From Mobula hypostoma (taxonomy: Eukaryota), in contig NC_086097.1 in the NCBI RefSeq assembly GCF_963921235.1, positions 241,058,001 to 241,122,000 of the forward strand: DNA of 64,000 bases. The letters are read 5' to 3'. Below the pieces are notes generated by a model that searched no databases, was not told where the DNA came from, and worked only from the letters and a program-made list of their open reading frames with translations. Shown one piece after another: positions 36,136 through 49,151 of this stretch; positions within the stretch are counted from its first letter, which is position 1; the number at the start of each line of letters is the position of its first letter. Both the position numbers and the translations under genes were made by a program.

Positions 36136-37554
36136 TGTGTGGGTGGTTATAGTGGGCTGGTCTACCACCGAAACCAACAATTCATTCCAGTCTCATTTAT
36201 AGAACAAGATTGCTAGGCTGACAGAGAAGAAGGATGTACTCAAAGATTCCTTGAAGAGACGTAACATTCCCACAGATTCCTGGGGACTTGTGACCCATGG
36301 CTGCTTAATGTGGAGGAGGAACCTTTGGGATTCTATTCAGAACTTTGGGGCCTTTCATTGAGAGCACAAGGAGAGTTTTGTAAATCTCTGTGTCAAAGTA
36401 TTGATTGCAGGAGACGCATCTTATGCTGAGGTTGTATAAGACGTTGGTGACACCTAATTTGAAGTAAAGTGTCCAGTTTTAGTGGCCTATCTACAGGAAA
36501 GATGCAAATAAAATTGAAAGAGTTTAGAGAAGATGTATAAGGATGTTGCTGGGTCTGGAGGACCTGAGTTAGAGGGAAAGAATGAATAGATTAGGACCTT
36601 ATTCCTTGCAACATAGAAGATTGAGAGGAGATTTCACAGAAATATACAAAATATACAAATATGCAATATAATAAATGCAAGCAGGCATTTTCCATTGAGG
36701 TTGGGTGGGACTACAACCAGAGGTCATGGGTTAATGGGAAAGGTGAAATGTTTATGGGTAACATGAGGGGAATCTTCTTCTCTCAGAGGGTCGTGAGAGT
36801 GTGGAATGAGCTGCCAGCACAAGTGGTGCATGCGAGTCTAATTTCAACACTTCAGGGAAGTGTGGCTTGGGACATGGACGATGTCCCGATGCAGGTCAAT
36901 GGGAGTGGGCAGTTTAACTGATTCAGCACAAACTAGTTGGGCCGAATGGCCTGTTTCTGTTCTGTTCTGTGCTTTTCTATGACCCCATGACTCTGTAACC
37001 CTCTGGGTGCTCCTATTTCCTCCCACATTCTAAAAGCCATGCAAATGGACTTGAGGCGTATCACAAGGTTGTATATAGTGTACACAGTTTGATAATAAAT
37101 GTACTTTGAACTTTGAGTTAGGGTTAGTAAATTGTGGGCATGCTATGTTGGCGCCAGAAGCATGTCGATTCGTGTGGGCTGCCCAGCATATCCTTGGACT
37201 GTGTTGGCTGCTGAAGCAAATGACACATTTCACTGCATTTTTCGATGCTTCATTGTCAGATAAACCTAATCTAATCTGCGTTGATTGGTCATCGTAAATT
37301 GTCCCATGATTAGATTAGGGTTAATTGGTTTTGTCAGGGGTTGCCGAGGCAGTGTGTCTGAAAGGGCCTACTCTGCGCTATATTGCTAAATATAATAAGT
37401 GTATCTAATCTATAAAAAAACAGAAGAAGAGGTGTATCATCTCACAAACTGCTCGCCAACGTATCCCATCACACACCTCCTGCCCCACATGTGGAAGAGT
37501 CTACCCCACATAGTCTTCGTCAGTCACTTAGAACCTGGAAAAATGGAATAGAAG

Positions 37555-38148
37555 GAGGGAGAAGATGGCGGTGCGACGCAGCACGCACGGCCGTTCTGAA
37601 CGATATCGTATGTGCTAATTAAGAGACAGCCGTGGGAAGCACTTGGAGAAACTTCTGAAATGCCTGCTTCGCTGCTGCTGTTACTGTGTGATCGAGAATC
37701 TCCAGAGGGATGGCCCTAAAATCCTCGGCTTTGCCTATTGCCTGTTGCCGGGGCCGGGGTCGAAGCGCTCGGCAGAGATGGTGCTCGGTGCTCGGTGTCA
37801 GAGAGCTGGTCGGAGGCTTGGAGTCGGACTGTGGTCGGATGTTTCCAGGATGCTGCATCGGCAAGTTTGCGGCGCTGGAGGTTCACCGTCTGCGTGAGAT
37901 GATGGGATTTCCGAGAGACTTTGAGACCTTTTACCATGCCCATGGTCTGTTCTTTATCAAATTACGGTATTGCTTTGCACTGTTATATGTTATAATTACG
38001 TGGTTTTTGTCAGTTTTTCAGTCAGTTTGTCATGTATTTCTGTGATATCATTCTGGAAAAACATTGTATCATTTCTTAATGCATGCATTACTAAATGACA
38101 ATAAAAGAGGACTGCGTGTCCTCATAATCTAATCTAATCTAATCTAAT
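37555..38148 (+). mobile_element. CpG-rich non-coding retroposon with a (CTAAT)n tail
   Basis: Starts GGAGAAGATGGCGG, retains CpGs, and ends AATAAAAG...TAATCTAATCTAATCTAATC; no recognisable ORF. Confidence 0.55.
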
Positions 38149-39199
38149 CACAAACTGACTGAGGAAAGTGATGGCTCAGGCAGAGTCCAAAAAGGGAAAT
38201 GAACAGTTGATGTTTTGGATCAGGACCCTTCATCTGGCCTCCTGAGTTCTGTCTACCAGTTCATTTTTTTCTTGCCACTGGTTTCAGCATCTGCTGTCCC
38301 TTATCTCTCCATCAAAACCAATCATCCTCGGACTATCTAAGACAAAAATTACTCAGGACAATTTTTCCATTGGTTTTGCCAAAAGGTGCATTGCATTCGC
38401 TTTGATAACTTGCTTTGAGGCCTCTTTACATGAGAACATCAAATGTAACGAGGACCAGAACAGCAGAAATATTTAGCACTCGACCACTGGTATACCATAA
38501 AATCCCATTGTATTCATGGAACCACATGGCAGCATGCAATAGAATATCAAAGTTACAATTCTTCTCTTTTACTCAAAAATTACTGACATGTTAACTAGCT
38601 CAATAAATGCATATATTTGAGCTCATTGTTTGCTAAGGAAACATATGGTTTATCTCAATTTAGAAATGTCAAATTCAGTAGCAAATTACGGCTCAATAAG
38701 TGAAAAAAAAAGTTGTGAAGTGTTGCATACAGAATTATATCCTGTACAGGTCAACAGTAGATACTAGAAATCCTAGATTGGAAAGCTGTTCATTATAGTA
38801 AAGAAGATGCGTTTTACGTTTGAAATTAATGAAATTGAAAATGAATGAATACTGTGTTAGCTCCCTGGCCTCTGTCATTGCTGCCCAGTGCACACATTTC
38901 TCTGGCGTTTAACTGGACATTACTGAACCCAGATCACCAAACAGAAGGAGAAGTTAAAGGATTCCAGCCTTAATTTCTCTTTGCATTAATGTATCTATTC
39001 GAACAAGACCAGTAATTGGGCAATACATAAAACGAACAAAGAACATTACAGCACAGTATGGGTCCTTTGGCCCTTGATTTTGTGGTTGTTATTTTTGTAA
39101 CTCTGAAACATAAAGCTAACAGAGAGGAAAGACAGGAGCCAAGAATAACAGGTCTTAGTTTGTCCTTCACTTTAAGCAAGGTGCTGGAGGAACAATTAG

Positions 39200-41845
39200 A
39201 ACGTAAGAACATAAGAAATAGGAGCAGGAGTCGGCCATCTGGCCCGTTGAGCCTGCTCCACCATTCAATAAGATCATGGCTGATCTGGCCATGGACTCAT
39301 CTCCACCTACCTGCCTTTTCCCCATAACCCTCAATTCCCCTACTATGCAAAAATCTACCCAACCTTGTCTTAAATATATTTACTGAGGAGGCCTCCACTG
39401 CTTCATTGGGCAGAGAATTCCACAGATTCACCACTCTCTGGGAAAAGCAGTTCCTTCCTCATCTCCATCCTAAATCTACTCCCCCGAATCTTGAGGCTAT
39501 GTCCCCTAGTTCTAGTCTCACCTACCAGTGGAAGCAACTTTACTGCCTCTATCTTATCTATCCCTTTCATAATTTTATATGTTCCTATAAGATCTCCTCT
39601 CATTCTTCTGAATTCCAGCTAGTACGGTTCCAGGAGACTCAGACTCTTCTCATAGTCTAACCCACTCATCTCTGAAATCAACCTGGTGAATCTCCTCTGC
39701 ACTGCCTCCAAAGCCAGTATATCCTTCCTCAAGTAAGGAGACCAGAACTGCACACAGCACTCCAGGTGCAGCCTCGCCAATACCATGTACAGTTGCAGCA
39801 TGACCTCCCTGCTCTTAAATTCAATCCCCCTAGCAATGAAGGCCAACGTTCCATTTGCTTTCTTGACAGCCTGCTGCACCTGCAAACCAACCTTTTGTGA
39901 TTCATGCACAAGCTCTCCCAAGTCCCTCTGCACAGCAGCATGCTGCAATCTTTCACCATTTAAAGAATAATCTGCTCTTTTATTTTTCCTTCCAAAGTGG
40001 ATGACTTTGCATTTACCAACATTGTACTCTGCCAGACCCTTGCCCCCTCACTTAACCTATCTATATCTCTCTGCAGACTCTCTGTATCTTCTGGACAATT
40101 TGCTTTTCCACTCAATTTAGTATCATCAGCAAACTTAGATACACTACACTCGGTCCCCTCTTCCAGATTGTTAATGTATATGGTGAACAGTTGTGGGCCC
40201 AGCACTGACCCCTGTGGCACACCATTCACCACTGATTGCCAACCAGAGTAACACCCATGTATCCCAACTTTGCTTTCTATTAGTTAACCAATCCTCTGTT
40301 CATCACCCCCAATTCTATGCATCCTTATCTTGTGGACAAGCCTTTTATGCGGCACCTCATCGAACGCCTTCTGGAAATCCAAGTAAATAATGTCCATCTG
40401 CTCCCCTCTATCCACTGCGCTCATTATATCCTAAAAAGAATTCCAGTAAGTTTGTCAACAGGGCCTGCCTTTTCTGTATCCATGCTGTGTCTGTCTGACA
40501 GATCCATTTCTTTCCATATGTCTTGTTATTTCTTCTATAATGATAGCTTCAAGCATTTTCCCAACTACAGATGTTAAACTAACTGGCCTATAGTTACCTG
40601 CCTTTTACCTACTTGCTTTTTTGAACAGTGGCGTGTCATTCGCTATCTTCCAATTGTTACGTAGCCCGTAACTGGGTTGCCAAACCAGCAGAAATGGATC
40701 ACTCAGTTGGAGTCTGGATTACTAGAACTAAGAAAGTTTTATTAAAGAAACAAGCAACACAGTACTCTAATCAAAAGGATAATAAATGCAACAGTTCAGC
40801 AATGATAAACACACATGTACACAGAATTAAGATAACAGGATCAATCAAGCTCTATCGTTGTCTAGGGGTAAATGACCAGTTTCAAAGTGACGCAAAGTTC
40901 AGTTCAATTTAGTTCAGTTCAGTTCGCAGTAGTCGCTGCCGTGGCGATGGACAGTGGGGGGAAGGAGAGAGAGAGCAAAACGAATGAATATTCAAGGCTT
41001 CCACACAGACCTTCGCAGTCAGCTTTCGGGTGAGTCCTTTGTGATGTCATCTGAGGTCACCGACCGTGACCCCTCCGTTTCCAGATACGATCGTTTCCCT
41101 GTGGAGAACCTGGCACCCAGGCAAGGGTGGACACACACCAGGTTCCCGCCGATCGTGCCTTTCCACCCTGTGCGTCTATGGCCCGGTACTTCCCACCGAC
41201 TTGTGAGAGACGCACTGCTTCCAGGGTCTTGTTACCTCGGGTGTCGTGTGTGTCTTGCCTTAGCGAACCTGTCCCTTTTTATCCCCCTGCTGGGGTATCG
41301 CCTGTCCATCACTTCAAACAGTTCAGGGTTCAAAGGGGGAGCCGATCTTGACAGCTCTCCTTCTCCTTCATTACACATCTCCAAATGCTGCTCCATTGTT
41401 TTCCTTATCTCTCTCTCTCCTGAAGACAGGTGGCAGACCAACGGCTGATCCCACTGGTGCCAGCACAGGACAGCTACATCTTAATCTATGTGTATTCTTG
41501 TCACACAATCCACTGGGACCTGCCCAGAGTCCATAGAATTTTGGTACTTTATCACCAAAGTCTGGACTATAACTTTTGCCATTTCTTTCAGTACCCTCGG
41601 ATGCATTCCATCAGGACCAGGGGACTTAACTAACTTCAAGCCCACAAGTTTGCTCAGCACTACCTCTTTAATGATAGATATTGCATCGAGGTCCTCACCT
41701 CCCATTGCATCCATAGCATCTCTCTTTGGCATGTTAGACATGTTGTCCACCATGAAAGCCAACACAAAACCTCGATCATTTCCTCATTACCCAATATCAA
41801 TTCCCCCTTTTCGTCCTCCAAGGGACCTACGTTCACTTTAGCGAA
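39200..41845 (-). mobile_element. CR1 LINE (RT region to 3' end) interrupted by a solo LTR
   Basis: Minus-strand ORFs [33 protein letters not shown]...KFADDTKL and AVKKANGTLAFIARGIEFKS; tail reads (AAGAACAT)n on the plus strand. Confidence 0.88.
40655..41505 (-). mobile_element. Solo LTR (851 bp; Gypsy or class I ERV type)
   Basis: TGTTAC...GTCACA termini; 4-bp TSD CAAT at 40651-40654 and 41506-41509; the host CR1 is contiguous once the insert is removed. On the minus strand there is a TATA-like GATAAAAA (~41276-41283) and AATAAA (~40738-40743). Confidence 0.85.
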
Positions 41846-42898
41846 CGGAATGTAATTAGGCATTACATTTGACCATGGTGATCCTTGGCAAGGAAGAGCA
41901 AGATCAGCTCAGATATTGATCTGTGGCTCCTAATGGAACTTGCCGAATCTTCAGATGAAAATAAACCTCGCCTATATCACTGCAGCCTCTACAACTCCCT
42001 CCCTCTCTCCTCTTCTCTAGCCATCCATAGCCTTTTCAAGTTCATTGCTTGATCTGCCACTAGCATGAGGTAGGGGAGTGTAGCAATCATGTAGCAGTTA
42101 GTGCAATCACTTTACAGAGCCAGTGATCGCCAGTTGGGGTTCATTTCCCACCGCTGCCTGTGAGGGAATGCTGCTTGTATGTCCTCCTTGTGACCATGTG
42201 AGTTTCCTCTGAGTATTCCAGTTTCTACCATGGTGCCTGGTTCCTAATTCATTCTGTGAATGATTTTCAAAGTGCAAATAATGTTAATTTTAGGTTTGGT
42301 CCTTTATTTTCTACAGTATTCTTTATACTTTATGCTTTATTGTTGCCAAACAATTGATACACTAGGCAGATACACCAGTGAAGTTTAAGAGACTACTAGA
42401 CAGGTATATGGAGGAATTTAAGGTGGGGGCTTATATGGGAGGCAGGATATTGTACTGTGCTGTACTATTCTATGTTCAATGTTCTATGATACTAGAGTGT
42501 ACAATCATCACAGCGATATTTGATTCTGCTCTTCATGCTCCCTGGAGTACAAATCGATAGTAAATATTAAAAATTTAAATGATAAATCATAAATAGAAAA
42601 TAGAAAAGGGAAAGTAAGGTAGTGCAAAAAAACCGAGAGGCAGGTCCGGATATTTGGAGGGTACGGCCCAGATCCAGGTCAGGATCCATTCATCAGTCTT
42701 ATCACAGTTGGAAAGAAGCTGTTCCCAAATCTGGCCGTTCTCTCCTACATAATCCCAGCAATGACCCCCTTTTTTATTTTAGTCTCTGCCTAAACTTGAC
42801 ATTGAATCTACCCTGCTATTTCAGTTCTTTCTCTGCTTAATTATTAATTTTCTGCTCTAATATCAGAATTAAAATCAAGTTTACTATCATTGGCGTGG

Positions 42899-43441
42899 GG
42901 TACTGTGCAAAAGCCTTAGGCACATACAGTATATAATGCTGGGGAGCCTTAGACTTTTGCACAGTACTGTATTAATCTATGTGGAGTGGAGATCAAGTCT
43001 ATAAACTGGCAGGAGCGAAGGGTGTCGGGAATGGTGAGGGTGAAGCACCACAGGTAGGGTGAGGGATAGTTGGCAGAGAATGAGTTCCAGGGGCGGATGG
43101 TGACATAGGTGCCAACACAGCCAGCCCTGAGACACCAGGCAAGGTCATTTTGATTCCAAGCAATTGGTTTATTGATCATTACGGAATGTTTCCTTGGCAC
43201 TTCCTACTCCGTCCCCTTTCCCTTTCGCTTTTCCCCTCTCGCTGCCCCCTTCCCACTCTCAGTCCACAACAGAGACCCATATCAGAATCAGGTTTATCAT
43301 CACTCACATATGTCATGAAATTTGTTTTTATACAGCAGCAATACCATGCAATACATTAAATTACTACAGTACTGTGCGAAAGCCTTGGGCACCCTAGCAA
43401 TATATGTATAACTGTGCCTAAGACTTTTGCACAGTACTGTA
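42899..43441. mobile_element. Tc1/mariner-type MITE, copy 2, with a TIR-TIR mini-hairpin at each end
   Basis: GTACTGTGCAAAAGCCTTAGGCAC...AGACTTTTGCACAGTACTGTA occurs at both 42899-42971 and 43366-43441. Confidence 0.7.
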
Positions 43442-44449
43442 TGTGGTAAAATTTGTTTTGCAGCAACAGTACAGTGCAATCAGAATCAGGTTTATGATCA
43501 CCGGCATGTGTCGTGAAATTTGTTACTTTGCATCAGCAGTTCAATGCAATACATAATGTAGAAGGAAAAAAGTAAATCAAATACAGTACTGAATAGATTA
43601 AAAATCGTGCAAAACCAGAAATAATATATATTCAAAAAGTGAGATAGTGTTCACAAGTTCAATGTCCATTTAGGAATCGGATAGCAGAGGGGAAGAAGCT
43701 GTTCCTGAATCGATGAGTGTGTGCCTTCAGGCTTCTGTATCTCCTACCTGATGGTAACAGTGAGAAAAGGGCAAATTAACAAAGTACAGAATAAAAATGA
43801 GAAAATACCATAAGTAACACGAAGAAATATAGAGGTATATAGAAATAAATAAGGGCATCAAAGTTTACAGGGAGCAGTCAGGAGAATGAGATTGAGAGGG
43901 ATAATAAGTCAGCCATGGTGGAATGGCTGAGCAGACTCGATGGGCCAAATGGCCTAGTTTTGCTTTTATGTCTTATGTTCTTATGGTCTAAAAAGAGAGC
44001 AGATATGAAGTTGTGTTCATGGTTTCATAGACCGTTCAGAAATCCGATGGCAGAAAGGAAGAAGTTGTTCTTAAAATGCTGAGTGTCTTTCTTCAGGCCC
44101 CTGTACTCCTCCCTGATGGTAGTAATGAAAAGAGGGCATGACCCAGGTGATGAGGGTACTTAATAATGGATGCTGCCTTCTTGAGGTAACTGCTTTTGAA
44201 GAAGTCCCTGTGTATTTAATTGGCTAGTTGAAGTTCTTAGTTGCCCTTGCTGTTTGACACATCAGTAAAGGCATGTAGATTTTTTTTTAAATTCAGGTTG
44301 TGGGCATTGCTGCCCCAGATGTTTATATTTTAGATTCATGGAGTCATAGAGTGATAGAAAAATACAGCAGAGAAACAAGCCCTTCAGCCCATCTAGTCCA
44401 TGCTGAACCAACCATTTAAACTGCCTACTCCGGTCAATTTGTTTGTTTG

Positions 44450-45503
44450 TTTTATCGATTACACAAAAGCATTTGATAAAGTGAAGCACAATGTTATTTG
44501 AAATATTACAGGAAACTCTAGATTTAGATTCGAAAAACCTCCGCCTAATCAGAAATCTGTGCTGGGAACAAACTGCCGCTGTAAGAATAGATGCAGAAGT
44601 GAGTCAGTTTACGAAAATCAAGAGAAGCGTTAGACAAGGGTGTGTTTTCTCACCTAATTTGTTTAATGTGTACAGTGAAACAATATTACAAGAAATAAGA
44701 GTTATCTTGGGAATCAAAGTTGGCGGTGAAAACATCAATAATTTTAGATATGCAGATGACACTGTGTTAATTACAAGTACGGAGGAAGAACTACAAAACT
44801 TAATTGATACAGTTGTTGAAGAAAGTGCAAAAATGGGTCTATCTATCAATTACAAAAAGACAGAATGTATGGTGATATCCAAAAATTAAATGGGGAAGAC
44901 ATAAAACAAGTACAGAACTTTTGCTACTTAGGAAGCTGGGTGACATCAGATGGCAGGTGCGACATGGACATCAAAAGAAGAATAGGGATGGCAAAAGACA
45001 CCTTTATGAGAATGAAGAGTATACTGACCAATACTAAACTAGGCATGACAACCCACCTCAGAGCACTGAAATGTTACGTTTATCCAGTTATATTATATGG
45101 CTCAGAATGTTGGACAATATCTAGTAACATGAGGAAACAAATTGTAGCAGCAGTGTTGTGGTTTTTGCTGAGGATGCAAAGAATATCATGGACAAAAGGA
45201 ATATCTAACGAGGGTGTCATGAACAGAGCAAGCACAAAAAGAGAAATAATGTATGAGATCATGAAAAGGCAACATAACTTCATTGGACATGTGATTAGGA
45301 AAGAGGGGTTAGAATGCATGGTAATTATGGGAAAGATTGAAGGGAAGAAAGCAAGATGAAGGCAAAGACAAATGATGATGGAGACAGCAGACAGAGAACT
45401 GGAAATGAATACCAATGAATTGATCCACTTGACCCGAAACAGGAGTGTGTGGGCCATGGCAGTCAAAGCTCAAACTGGGCATGGCACCTGATAATGATGA
45501 TGA
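44450..45503 (+). mobile_element. RTE-clade LINE, 5'-truncated
   Basis: RQGCVFSPNLFNVYSETIL, INNFRYADDTVLI, FCYLGS, DIKRRIGMAK, ILYGSECWT, RRMQRISW-like and MGKIEGK motifs; (TGA)n tail. Confidence 0.88.
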
Positions 45504-45677
45504 GTACAGTCAACTGACACCCAGACCATAGCCCTCCATACCTCTCCCATCCATGTACATATCCAAACTTCTCTTAAACATTGAAATCAGCTCGCATGCA
45601 CCACTTGTGCTGGCAGCTCATTCCACACTCTCATGACCCTCTGAGTGAAGAAGATCCCATTCATGTTCCTCTTAAAT

Positions 45678-46240
45678 TCCATCAACGCTGTCTTTGAAAC
45701 ATCTTAAATATCATCTGGGAAGATAGAAGAACCAACGTCAGTGTGCTAAATGAAGCAAAAACAACAAGCACTGAAGCCTGAGCCATCAAGAAGCAACTAG
45801 GATGGAACGGTCATGTTGTTCGGATGAAAGACGAACATCTGCCGAAGCAAATCTTCTACTCCCAGCTTAAAGAAGGCAAACGAAAAAGAGGCGGACAACA
45901 GAAGAGATTCAAAGACGTCTTAAAAGTCAACATGAAGAAATGTAACATCGACATCAACAATTGGGAAACCAATACCAAGCACAGGAATCTCTGGCAAGCC
46001 ATCATCCGAGAAGAATCAGCAACGTTCGAAGCCAACAGATGAGCAGAACTAGAAGGAAATGGAAAGAGAGGCAGCAACAACCAAAGCCCGATCTGCCATC
46101 TGGAACTACCTGTCCTGAATGCGGAAGAGCTTTCAAAGCCAAGATTGGACTCATAAGCCACTTGAGAGCCCATAAGTAGATCAACAGAACGAAGACCATC
46201 ATCCTCGACCTCGAGGGATAGCCACCAACACGACGACGAC
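45678..46240 (+). mobile_element. Second RTE-type LINE 3' fragment with a C-terminal C2H2 finger, nested in an antisense CR1
   Basis: GHVVRMKDEHLPKQIFYSQLKEGKRKRGGQQKRFKDVLK and TTCPECGRAFKAKIGLISHLRAH; (ACG)n tail. The CR1 resumes at 46241. Confidence 0.85.
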
Positions 46241-46593
46241 AAAACTTTTCATCTTTCACCCTTAACCCATGACCTCTAGTTGTAATGCCACCCAACTTCA
46301 ATGGGAAAAGCCTGCTTGCAGTTACCCTATCTATACCCCTCATAATTTTGTATATATCTGTCAAATTTCCTCTCAACCTTCTATGTTCCAAGGAATAAAT
46401 TCCTAACCTATTCAATCTTTCCATATAACTCAAAGATCCTTCAGTCTCGGCAAGATCCTTATAAAATTTTTCTAAACTCTTTCATGCTTATTTACATTTT
46501 TCCTGTAGGAAGAACTGCACGCAATACTCCAAATTAGTTCTCACCAACATCTTATACAACTTCAACATAACATCCCATCTCCAGTACTCAGTA

Positions 46594-46810
46594 ACACACA
46601 TCAAAGTTGCTGGTGAACGCAGCAGGCCAAACAGCATCTATAGGAAGAGGCGCAGTCGACGTTTCAGGCCGAGACCCTTCGTCAGGACTGACTAACGATA
46701 GATGCTGTAGATGCTGTAGATTCCTATAGATGCTGCTTGGCCTGCTGCGTTCACCAGCAACTTTGATGTGTGTTGCTTGAATTTCCAGCATCTGCAGAAT
46801 TCCTGTTGTT
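46594..46810. mobile_element. 217-bp fold-back Penelope-type mini-insertion
   Basis: Perfect 14-bp TSD TCCAGTACTCAGTA (46580-46593 and 46811-46824); ~52-bp inverted arms at 46594-46646 and 46721-46773. Confidence 0.85.
46653..46690 (-). ncRNA. Minimal type-I hammerhead ribozyme, all core nucleotides intact
   Basis: Minus strand CAGUC-CUGACGA-AGG(GUCUCGG)CCU-GAAAC-GUC|GACUG: 5-bp stem I, CUGANGA and GAAA boxes, and a GUC cleavage triplet. Confidence 0.75.
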
Positions 46811-47139
46811 TCCAGTACTCAGTACCTTGATTTATGATGCCAATGTGCCAACAGCTTTCTTTCCAGCCCTATCCACCTCTGCTGCCACTTTCATGGACCT
46901 GTATTCGCAGATCCCTATGCTGTACTGCTCTCCTCAGTACACTATCATTCACTCTGTAAGATCCCTAACCAGCAGTGGTGGTGAACCACCTGCTTGGACC
47001 ATTGCAATCCTTCCAGTAAATGTATTCCCAGAGGCTCAGGATTTAGACATGACAACTGTCATTTCCAAGACAACATGGCATGCAGCTTGGGGGAGGGGGT
47101 AGTTCTAGGTTGGCTGTTGCCATGAGATTGGAGGCAGAG

Positions 47140-47878
47140 CTAAGATGTCACTAGAGGGCGGCATCCTTGAGCTCATCTGCGAAAGCAGCTTAATTTCTTC
47201 CTTTTAATGTCTCTTTTTTCCTTTTCACAATGGATGGGGTTCTGTCGGAGTCCAGAGTCGACAGCTGCACTCAAACTGCGCTTCTTTATGGCGATGGGTC
47301 CCGCTCCCAGGGCTCACTGACTGGCCGATTTTTGATATCTCAATGACACGGCCTGGAAGACGTGCATGCCCTTGGGGTGAGGCCCTGCACCCCTGTGAAC
47401 AGGCCGATTCCATTGTGGTGTTGCCGACTGAAGCATCATGGGAGAAATGGAGCATCACAAACCGCGGATCGGCTGTTGGAGCCCTCTACTCGGGCAATCG
47501 CTCTCTCTCTCCACTTATCTCGGTGGCGGAGGAGAGTTTACCGACAATTCTCGAGTCGGAGAACTCGGAATAGAAGCAATGGGACAGACCTTAGCACCAT
47601 GGTCTTTCTTTGGGGGCCTTGCTGTTGCTTGCTTGATGTGTGGTGGGGGCTGATGCTTTCTGTCGAAATAAGTGGGGACGGGGGAGGAGGAGAGTTGATG
47701 CTTTGCTGCTGCTTCTGCGTTGGGGGGGTGAGAGTGGGCTTTCATCCTCTAATGTTTCACTGTCGTTCTCTCTTTTGGGTACTCTACTCTTTTTCATGTA
47801 TGTCTGTGAAGAGTAAGAATTTCAGGTTGTATTCTGTATGCATTCTCTGATATTAAATGGAACCATTGAACCATTGTC
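47140..47878 (+). mobile_element. Non-coding GC-rich retroposon-like repeat
   Basis: CpG-retaining body ending ATTAAA followed by (GAACCATT)2; similar layout to 37555-38148. Confidence 0.4.
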
Positions 47879-48982
47879 CTCACGTTAGACGGGTTCTGTT
47901 GGATTAACACAAGTACATAGGTGTCCTGTATTTTGCAGATGCTGTGCACTGGTGCTGAAGGGAATGAATGTTTAGTGTGGTGAATGGAATGCAGGCTGTT
48001 CTTTCCTGAATTGCATCATCCTTCTTCAGAGTGGCCAGAGAGGAAGTGGAGAGTGTTCCATGATGTCCCTGGCTTTGGTGTGTCAAGAAGTCAATTACGC
48101 AATGTGGAACATCCTGAACTTGTAGTCATGGTATTTATGTGTTGGGTCCAGTTGAATTTCTGCTTGCCACTACTAGTCTGGAATTACGGTATATAACAAA
48201 TACTAATTTCAACAGCCGCCAGTCTTCAGATCTGAATGTGGATTGTAGGTTGAAATTGAAATGCAGCTTTGAACAGTGGCCTTCCTGTAGCTGTATTTTG
48301 GGGTAGATTCTCCCACCCACAGGAAACATCCTCTCCACACCTACTCTATCAAGGCCTTACACCGTTCGATAGGTTTCAGTGAGGTCACCCCTCATTGTTC
48401 TCATCTCCAGTGAATACAGGCCCAGACCCATCAAATGTTCTTCATATGACAAGCTGTTCGAATCTGGAATTATTTTCATGAACCTCCTTTGAACCCTCTC
48501 CAGACTACTTATTGTTGGACATGGTTGTTGCCCGCACTTCTGTGGCACAAATATTACTGACCAGCACATGCCTCAATATTCTCGAATTTTGCTGTATGTG
48601 GATGTGGACTGGTTTACCAGCTGAGGAGCTCCAAGTGGAGCTGAACATCCTGTATTCATTGGCAAAGATATCACCTCTGACCTTATGATGGAAGGAAGAT
48701 CTCTGATGAAGAAATTGAATGTGATTGGATATAGGATATTGTCTGAAAAACCTCTACAGCAATGTCCTGGGGTCAAAGGGAGTGGACATGCATTCATATA
48801 GCATTTTGAGGTCTACTGTATGACTCAGATTCAGATTCACAGTCATTTATTCATCACATGTAATATCAAAACATACAGTGAGATGCATCATTTCCGTTAA
48901 CAACCAACACAACCTACAGATGTGGTAGGAATGGCCCACAAGACTGTAAATTTGAATCCATTGGATGCTGGGGGCCAAGGTC

Positions 48983-48990
<8 letters not shown>

Positions 48991-49046
<56 letters not shown>
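48991..49046. repeat. (CA)n microsatellite
   Basis: Direct reading. Confidence 0.95.
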
Positions 49047-49047
<1 letters not shown>

Positions 49048-49151
49048 AATGGATTAATTGGGTCATCAGTTAATTGGTGCAGCCATTTATTTGGGATGAC
49101 TTAGTTAGACCCCACTTGGAGTATTGTGTTCAGTTCTGGATGTGGATACTA

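Noticed and set aside
40954..41448. 164-aa ORF
   Set aside because: It lies wholly inside a solo LTR and has no recognisable domain.
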